A stretch of DNA of 63,806 nt, counting the filler, from Rhabdomonas costata (Eukaryota): assembly GCA_019059605.1 (NCBI GenBank). It is 54 parts of 54 records of this genome, joined end to end, with 100 filler letters (N's around TTAATTAATTAA, not from the genome) between each part and the next. Parts side by side here need not be neighbours in the genome. Positions count along the whole stretch, not along the records: positions 1 to 1,084 come from JAHMHO010029440.1; positions 1,185 to 2,268 come from JAHMHO010029441.1; positions 2,369 to 3,452 come from JAHMHO010029442.1; positions 3,553 to 4,636 come from JAHMHO010029443.1; positions 4,737 to 5,820 come from JAHMHO010029444.1; positions 5,921 to 7,003 come from JAHMHO010029445.1; positions 7,104 to 8,187 come from JAHMHO010029446.1; positions 8,288 to 9,371 come from JAHMHO010029447.1; 46 more parts are not named here. One strand, 5' to 3'. This document shows positions 1-11,833 of this stretch, piece by piece. The notes under the pieces are model-generated. The model saw only the letters and a program-made list of their open reading frames with translations, had not been told where the DNA came from and ran no database searches. Numbering within the stretch: position 1 is the stretch's first letter; the number at the start of each line of letters is the position of its first letter. Position numbers and translations under genes: made by a program.

Positions 1-1084
1 TTTTACTGTTTCCCGCCTTGGCCCGTTTTGGCCTCCTTTTTTTTGGGGGGGGGGGGTGACTTGGACAATGTATAAGTTTGTGCACGTTTCTTGCAAATAT
101 GTTCTTTCCTGGATGTAGGTATGTATGCCGCCAATATGCGTTCCCCCTCATCAGTGCTGCTCTCTTTTCTCCCTCCTCCTCCTCCTCTCTCTCTCTCTCG
201 CCTGTTCTGTGTTGCTGTTGTTTGCGCCGTACCTATGTTCTTTTTTCTTCGCTTCAAAAACTGTCATTATTTGTCTCACAATCCACTTCGAATGCGCATC
301 CGGGAGTGACAATTCAGTGCTCACCTTTGCCAGTAATGGTGCTCCAAACTGACGTCACCGTGGGCAAGCAATTCCCCACAGCCACCCACACATCTCGCCT
401 GCCTTAAGGTGTTGAGTGAGGTGAAGGGAGAAGGTAATCATCGTTTCGGAGTGTTGAGCGGGAAGGGTAAATGGAAATAAGAATAACAAGTGCACAAGCA
501 GCGATTGCACTAGCCCTTCCTCGAAGCAGTGCATGAGGCACAGCAACAGGAACCATTGCTTTTTTCTGATGACACTCCTCACCGACTCCCCACCGTGAAT
601 TCGGCGCCCACCGTACTGTCCCAATTAGAAACGCAGTGGCACGCACACACGCAATGATGCAAATAACCCTACACCCTACACCCTAACCCAACAAATAAGA
701 GAGAGAGAGAGCGGCACCCCACACTACGGCCCCGCCGCATACCAGGTCGACCCTCTTGGGGAAGTGTGTTGAGTGCCGCAGTCCCTCCAGCACAGCCGCG
801 ACCCGCTCAGCCCGTTCCAGGCTGGCCTCCCTAGCCCTTCGAAGCTCCGTCAGCGGCCGCAGGGAGAGCAGGGTGAGGAAGCCCAGGAGCCCCAGAAGGT
901 GCCACCGGGCCCCAGGGCGGGCCAGCCGGGGAAGGCATATCCGATGGGCAACCGGGCGTGCCACGGTCGGAGTTTGAAAAATCCTCACCCGCGGGCCGAG
1001 CACAGGCCGGCAGGAGAGAAATGCCAAATAAGCCGAAGAGAGCCTGAAACCCAGCTATCGTCCTCAGCAAGGGGCCACCCAACC

Positions 1085-1184
1085 NNNNNNNNNNNNNNNN
1101 NNNNNNNNNNNNNNNNNNNNNNNNNNNNTTAATTAATTAANNNNNNNNNNNNNNNNNNNNNNNNNNNNNNNNNNNNNNNNNNNN
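1085..1184. other. Artificial contig linker N44-TTAATTAATTAA-N44 (first of 53; last at 62624-62723)
   Basis: The identical 100-bp spacer recurs about every 1184 bp. The palindromic 12-mer puts TAA in all six frames. Contigs are 1072-1085 bp, consistent with length-sorted concatenation. Confidence 0.99.
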
Positions 1185-2150
1185 GTTTTTGGTGCCCATT
1201 AAATCAAAGCTTCCAGAGTTGGGAGCTTTGATTTAATGGGCACTAAAAGGCGACAAATGGTGCTAACTGTAATTTTGTAATTTTCAACTGACAAAAGGGC
1301 CCTTCCAAGGCTCAGTACGCAGGACTGCAAAGCCAAACTGGGCCCTTGCAAGCCGGTGTGAAGGCAAAAAAGAGCTGCCCACGCAGTGGATATTGAAGAA
1401 TTTAGCCTGAGAATTGGATAGGATTGCAAAGTGCCATTGTCCGAGTTTCTTTCAAGTAACTGTGAAACAACAATTTTAAAAATAAAAGGAATCTTTGTAA
1501 CCTATACGTGGTTCTTTCCACATCGCTTGATTGTTCCCTATCTGAGATCATGGGGAAACCACATTTTGCTAAAAGTTCGTCATGACCAATTTCCTGGTTT
1601 AAGGCATTTTTCTGGGTTTGGTGAATCACCTTTATTCACCTTCACCTCTTAATGAGAATGCTTTTAACGAGAATATTTTGTATTGATTGAAGGGGGCAAG
1701 GTGGCTCCGGGAAGCAGGAACCAGAGCAAAGAAAAAGATCGTCAAACGCATGATGCACTCATTGATATATGGTGAGGAGAGGGACAACGGCGGACAAGGG
1801 TTTCAACTTTCTCTGGGTGGCACTTGTTTGTGGTGTGCGGTAGTGTCAGGAAGGGACTACCCCTACTTCAGGGGCATCCCATTTTGTTTGTTTGAAACAT
1901 CCACCAGAGATGCACGCGAAAATTCACGACCCCACCACCGAAATTCACGACACCACGAAATCCAGAACCCAACATTTAAAGCACTTTAAAGCGGACCGCA
2001 CTCTCACTCCAACCTCGACACAGAACACGAACACCAACCCAAATCCACACAAGGTGCCACCACACACTGGACGGAGACATAAAGTTGAACTTCCTCAATG
2101 TGCCCCAGTGAGACAGAAGGGGTGCAAGTGAGTGCGTGCTTTGCTTGATG

Positions 2151-2268
2151 CGGGCGGAGACCGTTCACATCAACCGGAACCTCACTGCCCTCACTGACGT
2201 GCTCCGCACTGGCCACGTGCCCTTTCGGAACTCAAAGCTAACGTACCTCCTGCAGAACTCTCTGAAGG
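2151..2268 (+). CDS. Kinesin motor-domain fragment (kinesin-14-like), possibly degenerate
   Basis: RAETVHINRNLTALTDVLRTGHVPFRNSKLTYLLQNSL matches kinesin E..INxSLxAL...HVPFRxSKLTxLLQxSL. It is about 5 aa short before HVPFR and truncated by the contig end. Confidence 0.85.
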
Positions 2269-2783
2269 NNNNNNNNNNNNNNNNNNNNNNNNNNNNNNNN
2301 NNNNNNNNNNNNTTAATTAATTAANNNNNNNNNNNNNNNNNNNNNNNNNNNNNNNNNNNNNNNNNNNNGGTGTTTGTGTCCCTACTGAATAGAGCAAATA
2401 AAGAAAGAGACAGAGAGGTGACGAGAGTGTAGAGCTCCAGACACAGACAGACAGGGAATAAATGGGCTAGCGTTTCTCTTTCAGAACGCCGGAACTCGAC
2501 CAACATTTCTGTCAGCACGTGTCAGGAAGTCACCGATCAAGAGATTTGGTGTGCAGTCAGAATGAAAAGGGAGACTTTACGTGACAAAGAAAATTACCAG
2601 GGGTTGTGGACCACGAATCATCAATTCAGTCCCATCCCTAGCCTTAGCCCGCACCTGAAAGTGTCTGCAGCACCCGCACTTGCGTCGTATATCAGGAATC
2701 CGAAAGGCCCTTCTGCACTTCACAGCAGCAAGTGAGTAAAGCGATGGGTGGTAGAGGGAACACAAAATAAAATAAAACAGCAC

Positions 2784-3285
2784 TTCGCATCTCCGCCAGG
2801 GTGGTGCCTGGGTCGGGCTTTGGAGTGCCCAGGAAAGCGTCCACTGCCTGCTTGCACCGCACCACCTCATCGTCGGTGAGCTTCTGCGCGGGCGCGGCCT
2901 CCGAACCCGAAAGGGCGAGCTGAGCCTGTACCACGGCAAACCGGACATCCCCTTTCCACCTACGACAACAAGCACCGCGGACAGAAGACAGAAGTAAACC
3001 TAGCAGTATCCAGCTTCCGCACCTTCGTACAGATGCTCTTCTCGCAACACGGAAGCCGCAGGTCAATCATCAATGTCATCAAAATTGAATGAAGAGGCAA
3101 GGCGCTGGGAACGCGGGGTAACTGCTCCCAACACCTTCACCTTCACCTTGTGAACCAGGTAGGCCTGCACACTCTCAATTGTTCACCCGTTTCCTCTCCG
3201 TCCTCTCCTTTAAACACGCCTGAGCTTCCGCCAGCTGTTTGCGGAGCTGCTGGATCACCACCGCGGAGTCGACCTCCCGATTAGC
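2784..3285 (-). CDS. Kinesin-9 (KIF6-like) neck/coiled-coil region; exons 3285-3220 and 2925-2784 with a GC-AG intron
   Basis: Spliced ANREVDSAVVIQQLRKQLAEAQ|AQLALSGSEAAPAQKLTDDEVVRCKQAVDAFLG...AEMR is colinear with the KIF6 post-motor region as recalled (NEEINPRLVIKRLQKEIQELKDELAM...LTEAE...FL...DMR). Both exons have AG acceptors. Confidence 0.7.
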
Positions 3286-3941
3286 CTGGAGAACCCGCCC
3301 CCCTTCCCAAGAACAGCGCAACGGCTAACACAAGTCTTCACAACTTTACAAACCTTTAGCAATCTTGGAACCGAAATGAGACGGCGCAATCAAAGTTGCA
3401 CTGCCCCCCGTCGCATACCTTCCATTCCATCTTTTGAATATGCGCAAAGAAGNNNNNNNNNNNNNNNNNNNNNNNNNNNNNNNNNNNNNNNNNNNNTTAA
3501 TTAATTAANNNNNNNNNNNNNNNNNNNNNNNNNNNNNNNNNNNNNNNNNNNNGGGTGGGGGTTGGGCGCGGTTCCTGGGGCAGTCCCGGGCCCAGGGCAC
3601 GACGGAGAACGTTGCGGGATACTTGGTGAACGCTCGAGAGATCGACTTCGGGGTGTGCTGCTGTGGCGATGAGCTAATGAACTTTTGGAGACGAGTCTGA
3701 ATTGCGTTGACGCATTCGACGAGGCAAGCATGAACTCATCACGAACTTGGATTCGTGGCTTTAGTGCAGTTGAGGATTCACATATCTTGTCAAAACAGTG
3801 GTTATGTTGGTTTCTAGTTCGTGACACTGTGGCACGACCTCACCGGCTGATTTCTCAGGTGTCAGCTTCGGGAAGCCCTTACTCCGCGCGAGTCGCAATA
3901 TACCGAACTGAGACAGAAGACCTGCGGTTGTTCTTTGCCAG

Positions 3942-4590
3942 CAAACGGGGGTCACCTCGTCGACCCTGGGGAGGCTGCTAAAATGAAGTCTGTGGTTAGG
4001 GAACTGACCCTAAACGGAATGGGAAGCGGATACGTGAACTTTCGCGAGGGGCCTCTTTGCCTTACAGATGGTGCCAGCGGCTGGCTTTCTATTTTGACCG
4101 CAGGGGTTGCCCTGGGTGCTGGTGGTGGCAACGAACACGCACAGCTGGACCTCTGTGGTGTACTCCGGCGTCCCGTTGACCACGGGGCTGGTTATCTGCT
4201 GCATTGCAAGGTCGTGCAAATCGTGTTTCCCGCTGAATTACGTCAGTTTGCCTTTGGCTCCCCCCAAGGGGATATTAGTCAGCCCCTTCGCCTCTTCTCC
4301 CATCTGCTGCAATGTAAAAAACCAACATTCGTCTGGATTTTACGGAATGGCGAATGGTACCCCCTTTAAAAACTATAGGTGCTGGCATATACATACATGC
4401 ATTTTTCCAAGCCTGCATGTGTGCGTGTCTGCACAGATGGCACGATCTTACAAGTAGTATCGTGTGTTCGGCTTGTTTTCCAGCACATGCCTGCTGACGT
4501 TGGTGCTGGTGAGGCTGTTCACGGCCCCGCTGAGCCGCCTGGTGGCGGAGGTGCAGCTGTTGTGCTCGATGGATGTGGCGCTGGTGCGGC
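3942..4590 (+). CDS. Membrane receptor (Cache-like end, TM helix, HAMP), probable receptor nucleotide cyclase; exons ~3942-4033, 4104-4210, 4484-~4590
   Basis: GT-AG splicing gives ...GSGY|GLPWVLVVATNTHSWTSVVYSGVPLTTGLVICCIAS|TCLLTLVLVRLFTAPLSRLVAEVQLLCSMDV. This resembles the GLDWxIVV-TM-PLxxL pattern of Cache-TM-HAMP sensors. Confidence 0.6.
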
Positions 4591-4835
4591 CCTTCCATCG
4601 AGCACAACAGCTGCACCACCACCACCCCAACAACAANNNNNNNNNNNNNNNNNNNNNNNNNNNNNNNNNNNNNNNNNNNNTTAATTAATTAANNNNNNNN
4701 NNNNNNNNNNNNNNNNNNNNNNNNNNNNNNNNNNNNTCTGGGGTGTTTGTGCGTAGGGTGCCTGGGTGTTGCAGCAAGGTGCCAAGTTATGACCCCTTGA
4801 TCGCGACACCAAGCGCACCCCCCAACTGCCCAGAC

Positions 4836-5815
4836 CTCGTCCAGCACCTCCGCCAGCATCTCCCACGCGGTGCCGTTGCGGGCGTCAATATCAGGCTGGA
4901 GGTTGGCCTGGAACAGTGGGAAGCACGTCAGCGTCGCCGCCCCGCTACGGCAGGTCGCACACCTCCTCAAAAACCGAATCGCATCGGCTGAGAAGAAAAC
5001 AACAGTAGAAGGGTAAGTTACCAATTCTAACTGATGCTTAATGGGGGGCGGGGGAGAACCAGCACCTCATAAGTGACGTAATTTACGCTAAAGGGGGTGA
5101 AGTGAACTGCGCCAGCCCACGTTAAAAGGGGATAAGACTATGGTCGTTTCTCGCCGTAAAATCCCCCCCCCCAATGCCATCGCGGATATGCATGGCTTTT
5201 TTCATGGCAAAAAGAAAGGTTGGGAGGGGAGACGCGAGGGGCAGTGGTTCACGTGGGCACCTCTTCGGCCCTCCGCCGTCGCGATGCGCCCCAGGTGAAG
5301 GTACGGCTCGCACCACTCGGGGTCAATGGCTACCGCGCGCTCGAAGTGTACGCGACCTTAGCGCGTGCAACGTATAGACGAAACCAACGAAGCGTCGCTT
5401 GCAAAACTAGAACCTCAATGGCTGCTAGTTACGAGACCATGGGCAGCCGCACCCGAGGGAGCGACCAGTCAATCAATTACAATGATAAGGACGAAAGAGC
5501 TGGGCAAAGGATGCCTTGATAATTGCACTCCAATTGGATGCAGATGCCTCTGATGGCTTTGGACGCAACTCTTCATATGATCGCCAATTAAATGACCACC
5601 CACACAACATCGCACAATACACCAACTGCAAGTTAGCACGAACTTCATGGGAACAGCGTTTCTATTCCCAAAATACCCGAGCAAAACATCTGGCGCGGCA
5701 AACCCTCATCGATGCGGTGCTGGTTCAGCCGCAGAAAGCCCATCTGCTGGTGCCCCTTGGCGCTGGTGGGGCAAACCTGCAGCGCGCTCTCGAACAGAGT
5801 GGCGTCGGTCACCCA
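4836..5815 (-). CDS. TMTC-like TPR protein; exons 5815-5704, 5356-5261, 4987-4836
   Basis: WVTDATLFESALQVCPTSAKGHQQMG matches the TMTC WxxxxxLFxSALxVCPxNAKxH motif. It is followed by the TPR GRVHFERAVAIDPEWCEPYLHLG. The GT-AG introns are phase-compatible. Confidence 0.7.
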
Positions 5816-6166
5816 AACCCNNNNNNNNNNNNNNNNNNNNNNNNNNNNNNNNNNNNNNNNNNNNTTAATTAATTAANNNNNNNNNNNNNNNNNNNNNNNN
5901 NNNNNNNNNNNNNNNNNNNNGGTTGTTTTGTGGAAAAAGAAAGGAGGAGTGCTTGCCAGACTCCAGGTCTACGGCACGTGGGATTTTCTTAATGTGTTGA
6001 CTTGGACAGAGTGAAATCGGTGTCGGCGTGCTATTACAGCGTGCTCCAGAGTGCAGAGAAGGCATTTGACAATTCTCGTCCTTCTATCGTTCTTCTTCTC
6101 GAGTGGAAGGGAAGGAAAGCGAAAGCCAACTCAAAGATGGAGAGGCCGGAGCTGCATTGGACGTAC

Positions 6167-6391
6167 AGTGTTGTTGTCAAGGGCAGCGACGGTGCCCATG
6201 GAGGTCGCTACGGAGATCTCGAACCTCGTCTCAGGGAAAACCGCCGAGAAGTCCACATGCCCTGAGGCTACCAGCGGCTCCACCAGAGCACTCACACTGC
6301 CCCGCAGCTTCACCGCCCCTGCCGAAGGGCAGGACTGCAGCAGCAGGACACCTGCTGCCAACACCGTGACCCACGCCATCCTCAAATCCAT
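6167..6391 (-). CDS. First exon of a secreted or membrane protein with signal peptide
   Basis: MDLRMAWVTVLAAGVLLLQSCPSAGA is signal-peptide-like, codons are GC-rich, and the exon ends at a GTACGT donor. A pyrimidine-rich tract lies upstream on the coding strand. Confidence 0.55.
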
Positions 6392-7749
6392 CACACGGAG
6401 AGAACGGCTGGCCTCACAAGGTCAGAGAAAACTCAGGGCGTGCACGCCGGCAATGAAAATAATGAGTCCGACGCAAAAAAACAATGGGACAACACACAAA
6501 ATGAAAAAGCAGAGGAGAAGAGGAAGAGGACGGGAGTAGGAAGCACACGCACTAAAAAAAAGTAGAGCAACGTCTGCAGGGAAGGGTACTGGGACGCACA
6601 AAAGAAAGAGAGAGAGAGAGAGAGCGAAAGCGCATTTACGGACTACGCTAAACCGGTGATTTTTGAAAACTCCTCCGATTATTTTGGCTGGTTTGTCTTG
6701 GATGGAGGGGCGTTGGAAAGAGTGGCTGAGGTGAGGGCATTATTCGGGAGATTTCATGGACACCGACACATGTGAGGAAACTGTGAATATAGAATGGGCA
6801 ACTCTTCATTTTGAGGTAGTACCAGCATGAGATCGATGCAATCCTGGCTGAATCGGGGAACCGAGAGTCTACTCAGCCATTCGCCTCAAGCCGAAAAGAA
6901 AAACCGTACATTGGTGCGCTTGCAGTGAATACAGAAACAACGTGGCACCAAACGAAAGGGGAATCCAGTTCATGACCACACAACCCCCAAACACACCCAC
7001 CACNNNNNNNNNNNNNNNNNNNNNNNNNNNNNNNNNNNNNNNNNNNNTTAATTAATTAANNNNNNNNNNNNNNNNNNNNNNNNNNNNNNNNNNNNNNNNN
7101 NNNTTCCCCGCGTAGCCCACTCGATCCGCTCCCCTCCGTGGTCCATCACAACAAAACTTGGTCGACGACTCTCGGTCGCAACCTGCCACTCCTTCACACC
7201 CTCTCGGTCTCTTCTCAAACTCCTCCGAAGGTGACTTAACAACCTTTGATCCGCAAATCGTTTTAATTCGTCAAACTCTCCGACCTCGCGCCTGGAATCA
7301 CCTCGAAGTGGACTTGACAGCCTTCTTTTCGAACCGCAACACACGGAATGTGAGTAAAACGACTTCCCCTTAACAACCTCGATTTCCCACGCACCTGGCG
7401 CATTACATTTTTCCTGCGGACTCGGCCTCTTGCTGGTACTAATTCGTCGCTACGCCTTGGTGTGAAATGGTCCGGCTACGGGCCGGTAGCAATTCCAGTG
7501 CTACTCTGCCTCCAAAATCCTCTTACCTCCTCCCTCTTTGGATTTCAAAGCGAGCGGCGGAACAGCCACAATCCCAACCCAGAAAGTCCAGAACTTGTTC
7601 CAAAATGTCCAAAACACACGAGCACAGAGGCAATCCTGGCTCCCAATGTGCTTTCAGTGATTGCCGAAGGAGGGTTTTGGCTGCCTCTTCTGGTCTTTTG
7701 GGTGACTCTAAGCTGCCTTCTAATGAATTCCTTCTTCTCGCTTCGTAGC

Positions 7750-8183
7750 TTTATTCTGCGTGGTCTGCTGGTTACGACATGTGTGGATATCCTCGGCGGA
7801 AGAGACAAGGAAATTGAGGCTGAGGAAACTGAGGTGGGCAGAAAGAGGAAGCTGAGTGAACATATTCGTGACGGTTATTTCAAGTAGAGTGACTTCGTAT
7901 TCTGGGGTTCTGTGGCCATGCCTACCACCAATTAGAGCCTTTATGATGCGTTTAACGGGGTTTGGAAGCCCTCCCAAGGGGACCATCCATTTTTCTGTGT
8001 AATGCGTTTTCTTTTTTCGTCTTTTCCCGACCTCCAGAGAACTGTGTAGAAGCAAAATTTGTTATATTTTTGCCTTCTAATTAGTTGCCAACGTGTATGT
8101 ATTGAAATCTCTTCAGTGTTGTGGTATGCTTTCATCCGGGTACGCCACCATCCGTAAAACCTCCGTGGAGTGGTGTCGTTCAA
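7750..8183 (-). mobile_element. Highly decayed Ty3/Gypsy-like gag remnant
   Basis: Fragments in shifting frames (FYGWWRTRMKAY, ITNFASTQFSG, PWEGFQTPL, LPPRISTHVVTSRP) follow the order of Retrotrans_gag motifs. Confidence 0.3.
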
Positions 8184-8949
8184 CGGGNNNNNNNNNNNNN
8201 NNNNNNNNNNNNNNNNNNNNNNNNNNNNNNNTTAATTAATTAANNNNNNNNNNNNNNNNNNNNNNNNNNNNNNNNNNNNNNNNNNNNGGTGGTTTGTGAG
8301 AGTTTGAAATGGTTTGTGTGTTGACTGGGGTTGTGCAGTTGGGGTCGGAAACAGCCGTTTAACTTGTGTTATAGGTCCTGAAAGTAAGTGCTTTCTGCAC
8401 TATATTTTCAATTTGCCGAACCCTCAAGGTGGTTAAAAAGGCAAATCCAAAACAGAGGCTCCGCGAAAAGCCAAATGTCAACTTTCTCTCGAACGCGCTT
8501 CCCCCATCAAACGGCAGCGTTCTGAAAGCAAATAAACCCACCCCATCCACCTCTTCCAGAAAAAGGGTAACTTATTGAATTTCAGTGGTTCAATGGTCCG
8601 AGCCTCGCCCAACTTTTGTTGTTATCCAATCAGGTATTGGACCCTATCGCCGTACTCAAGAACTAAGATCTTAAATTCCCCGTTTCTTTTTTGAAATAAC
8701 CAAAATCAAGACGAAAACATCTAGAGACGATTGACCGAAACCCCTACTGGGTATAAATCTAACCTGTTGGTAAATATGCAATGATGGCGAACGCGATCAC
8801 AATTGCGGTAGCACTCGCTATCATATTTCTAAAAAATGCAGCGGTCGCTATCGTAGAAAATAGATGTCGCTGGATCTAATTGGACAAGAAGAAGAATGCT
8901 CTACTCCTACTGTCATCTTAAACCCTCCTGTTGGATGCTGAGACGGGAG

Positions 8950-9350
8950 GGAGGAACGCAACCGTGAGACAGAGTGGTGAATGACGACCGACACGCTGAG
9001 ACTGAGGCTAAGGGGGACAGAAGAGGGAAGGAGACCACCTGTCGCTACGCTCCTCGCTCCACTCGTAATGTGTCAGTCACTGTTCGCTGTTCGCTCGTTC
9101 CTCCAACCCAAAGATGGAATAACTCAAAATGCCTACGGCAGGGCTCTCACTCCATTCCCTACGGCTACGCCTCCGGTCATTCATGTTTTAACTTGTCTCT
9201 TGATCGCTCAGTCACTGCGTTCCTTCGCACCACCTTTATTCTTACGCTTCGTCACTTCCTCGCTTCTATCCCCATTCGCTAAGCACTCTTGGGGCCCCTA
9301 GCCCTCCGGGGGATGTGCTGCTCGCTGCGCTTCGTTACGGCTACGCCTCC
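8950..9350. repeat. Cluster of GNA-triloop mini-hairpins with long imperfect fold-back potential
   Basis: GCTACGC 9044-9050, TGCCTACGGCA 9130-9140, overlapping CCTACGG/GGCTACGCC/CCTCCGG 9158-9176, CCCTCCGGG 9302-9310, GCTGCGC 9324-9330 and GGCTACGCC 9339-9347. A 15-bp direct repeat lies at 9160 and 9336. Confidence 0.7.
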
Positions 9351-9770
9351 ACTCACCACACCCCCACACCCNNNNNNNNNNNNNNNNNNNNNNNNNNNNN
9401 NNNNNNNNNNNNNNNTTAATTAATTAANNNNNNNNNNNNNNNNNNNNNNNNNNNNNNNNNNNNNNNNNNNNGTGGTGGGGTGGTGCACACAGATCTGGAC
9501 AGCTGCGCACATCGCCAACTCAGCAACCTTTGAAGCCAGAAATCTGAGTACTGCACCTTACGGGAAATGCTCCTTGCCTGTGGGAGGGTTGGAATGAAGT
9601 GAAACAGCCCCCCCCCCCTCCGTCCCGGCTTTCGTTCCATTGTGGATCAGTGGATTGCTCCTCCCGCAGATTCTAAAAATCATATCTCTGATTGTGTATG
9701 TGATTTTCTCAATAGTGTCTTTATTCATAACTACTTGGTCACAATAAAAGTTCTTTTCTATTTATAAGAA

Positions 9771-10462
9771 ATGACAGGAAAGAAGTTATATTTTGGTTTA
9801 AAACGTTCAAAACCTGAGCCAATAGACAGGAGAGTTTCAATATGTTGTGAAGGCATGGTAGAATTACCTTCAAAGTATAGTTTAAAGGACAAAGTGACAC
9901 AAGTTTATGACCAATTATCACTGAATGCATGCAGTGCAAATTCAACAGCCAACATTTTAAATATTTGATAAAGTTCTAAAGTTCAATGTAATATTATTAG
10001 TAGGTTGTTCTTGTACTTTACCACTAGATACGTTGATAAAAATAGAATGTTACCAGTTGAAGACCCGGGCGCGACATTAAAATCTATTTTTACAGCATTG
10101 AATGACTATCATTATATTGATGAAGTGAAGTATCCATGTGAAATTGAAAAAGTTGACAGCATACCACCAAAAGAGGTCTTCGAAGAAGCAATCACCATAA
10201 ATAAATGCCCCATAACCAGTTACAAACAAATTTTACCATCTAAGTATGCTATTAAGTACATATTAGGTCATTTACATCACATACATATACAAATTTCTTC
10301 AGATTGACAAAAGAGAATGATATATTAAACTTACCACTTAAAGACGATGATTTACTCGGAAGGCATGCTGTAGTGATCACCGGATACTCAGATGAGACAG
10401 AAACATTTGAAATATTAAATAGTCACGGTTCAGATTTTGCTAATAATGGATATTTTCGACTG
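9771..10462 (+). pseudogene. Papain-like (C1A) cysteine protease, AT-rich, intronless, disrupted; virus-like
   Basis: LPSKYSL...VYDQLSLNACSAN (oxyanion Q, catalytic C), SRLFLYF, GRHAVVITGY (catalytic H) and ILNSHG...NGYF (N). There is a stop/frameshift near 9968 and a frameshift/deletion near 10300. Confidence 0.85.
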
Positions 10463-10872
10463 AAATATCCATTATTAGCAAAATCTGAACCGTGACTATT
10501 TAATATTTCAAATGTTTCTGTCTCATCTGAGTGTCCGGTGATCACAACANNNNNNNNNNNNNNNNNNNNNNNNNNNNNNNNNNNNNNNNNNNNTTAATTA
10601 ATTAANNNNNNNNNNNNNNNNNNNNNNNNNNNNNNNNNNNNNNNNNNNNGGGGAAGGGGGGGATCAATGCACGACCCCAAGCAAGCCTTGATTCCCTGTC
10701 GCTTGGGATCGCCGAGTTTCTTCCGGATTCCACAACCGCAGGAGGACAGGAAAACCGGTACTGTGGGGTGAGGAACAGCATAGCAGACGGCCCAGCAACA
10801 ATGCACTGGCCGCACCAAAGCCCCACGGGACCTCCCTCCCAACCTGTCATCGCCCCACCCGCCAAACCGGGG

Positions 10873-11628
10873 CGTTCCCTCCTCCCCTCGAAACGGTAGC
10901 GTGCGTCTTCTTATGCAGCTTGTCCAGCTCCCTCTGATCACAGACAAAAAAGGGAAAATGGGCCCCTAAGATAAAGGTCACGGCGAGAAACATCCATTCT
11001 GGTGGAGAAAACATGCCACGAACATCCGCGAGCAAACTCCTAAATTTCACCGTCGCAGGAAGGGTGCCTGAAAGCAGACATCAGCAGCAGCAGAATGATG
11101 ATGGTAATAGGAAGGACGGCAGCGAGCTTTCATTGTGAAGTGTGGGGTGGCGCATTTCAGCAGTCACGAACTCCGCCAGATTTCAGACACGAACCTGGCG
11201 CTGCTTGACCGCGTCATGCCCGTGGCGCCGTGCCTGCCGCTCCTCTCGCGTCTCGCCAAGATACAGGACCGCAGGTGTCTCCTTGGAAGGCACGGCCTCG
11301 GGTACCACTTCCAACCGTGGTTCTTCCTCCTGCGGAATGAAGACCATCGGGAGATGGGGTCATAGCGGAGAGAGGGAAGCGCGGGATCTGGCCTGAACCC
11401 TTTCACGTGCGTCGACGTCAACCTCCCGCTGTCGTTAGATTCTATTCCATGTGATTCCTTCCCCACCGTGAGGAGTGGTCCTAATCGATGATTACTGTCG
11501 CCTCACTGGCGTTATGTTAACGAGGCCCTCGGATCCCTTCATGAGTAACTTCACAACAGAGTACAAACCCTGTAGCTGCGCCATATCCCACCATAAATCC
11601 AGTCCAGGGGGTCCATCAGGTATCTTTC
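10873..11628 (-). CDS. Hypothetical protein, three probable exons
   Basis: AG/GT-bounded GC-rich segments read KIPDGPPGLDLWWDMAQLQ, EEEPRLEVVPEAVPSKETPAVLYLGETREERQARRHGHDAVKQRQ and RELDKLHKKTHATVSRGGGNAP. Confidence 0.4.
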
Positions 11629-11833
11629 CTGAGCGAACAAGAAAAAAAGGGGGCAACAACAGCAGCAACTGCAAACTGGGAAGGAAGTCCAAGAGCTCGA
11701 GAAATGAAACCTTTGAAACGAGAACCACAACCCNNNNNNNNNNNNNNNNNNNNNNNNNNNNNNNNNNNNNNNNNNNNTTAATTAATTAANNNNNNNNNNN
11801 NNNNNNNNNNNNNNNNNNNNNNNNNNNNNNNNN

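Noticed and set aside
4549-4618. 24-bp inverted repeat within an exon
   Set aside because: It duplicates exon sequence at the contig end next to the A/C tail; fold-back artefact.
7462-7490. VKWSGYGP resembling a chromodomain motif
   Set aside because: Flanking chromodomain residues are absent and the match is too short to support.
10373-10545. Near-perfect ~85-bp-arm hairpin truncating the protease gene (possible viral hairpin end)
   Set aside because: It copies coding sequence and its distal arm runs straight into the primer-like tail at the contig end, typical of a WGA fold-back.
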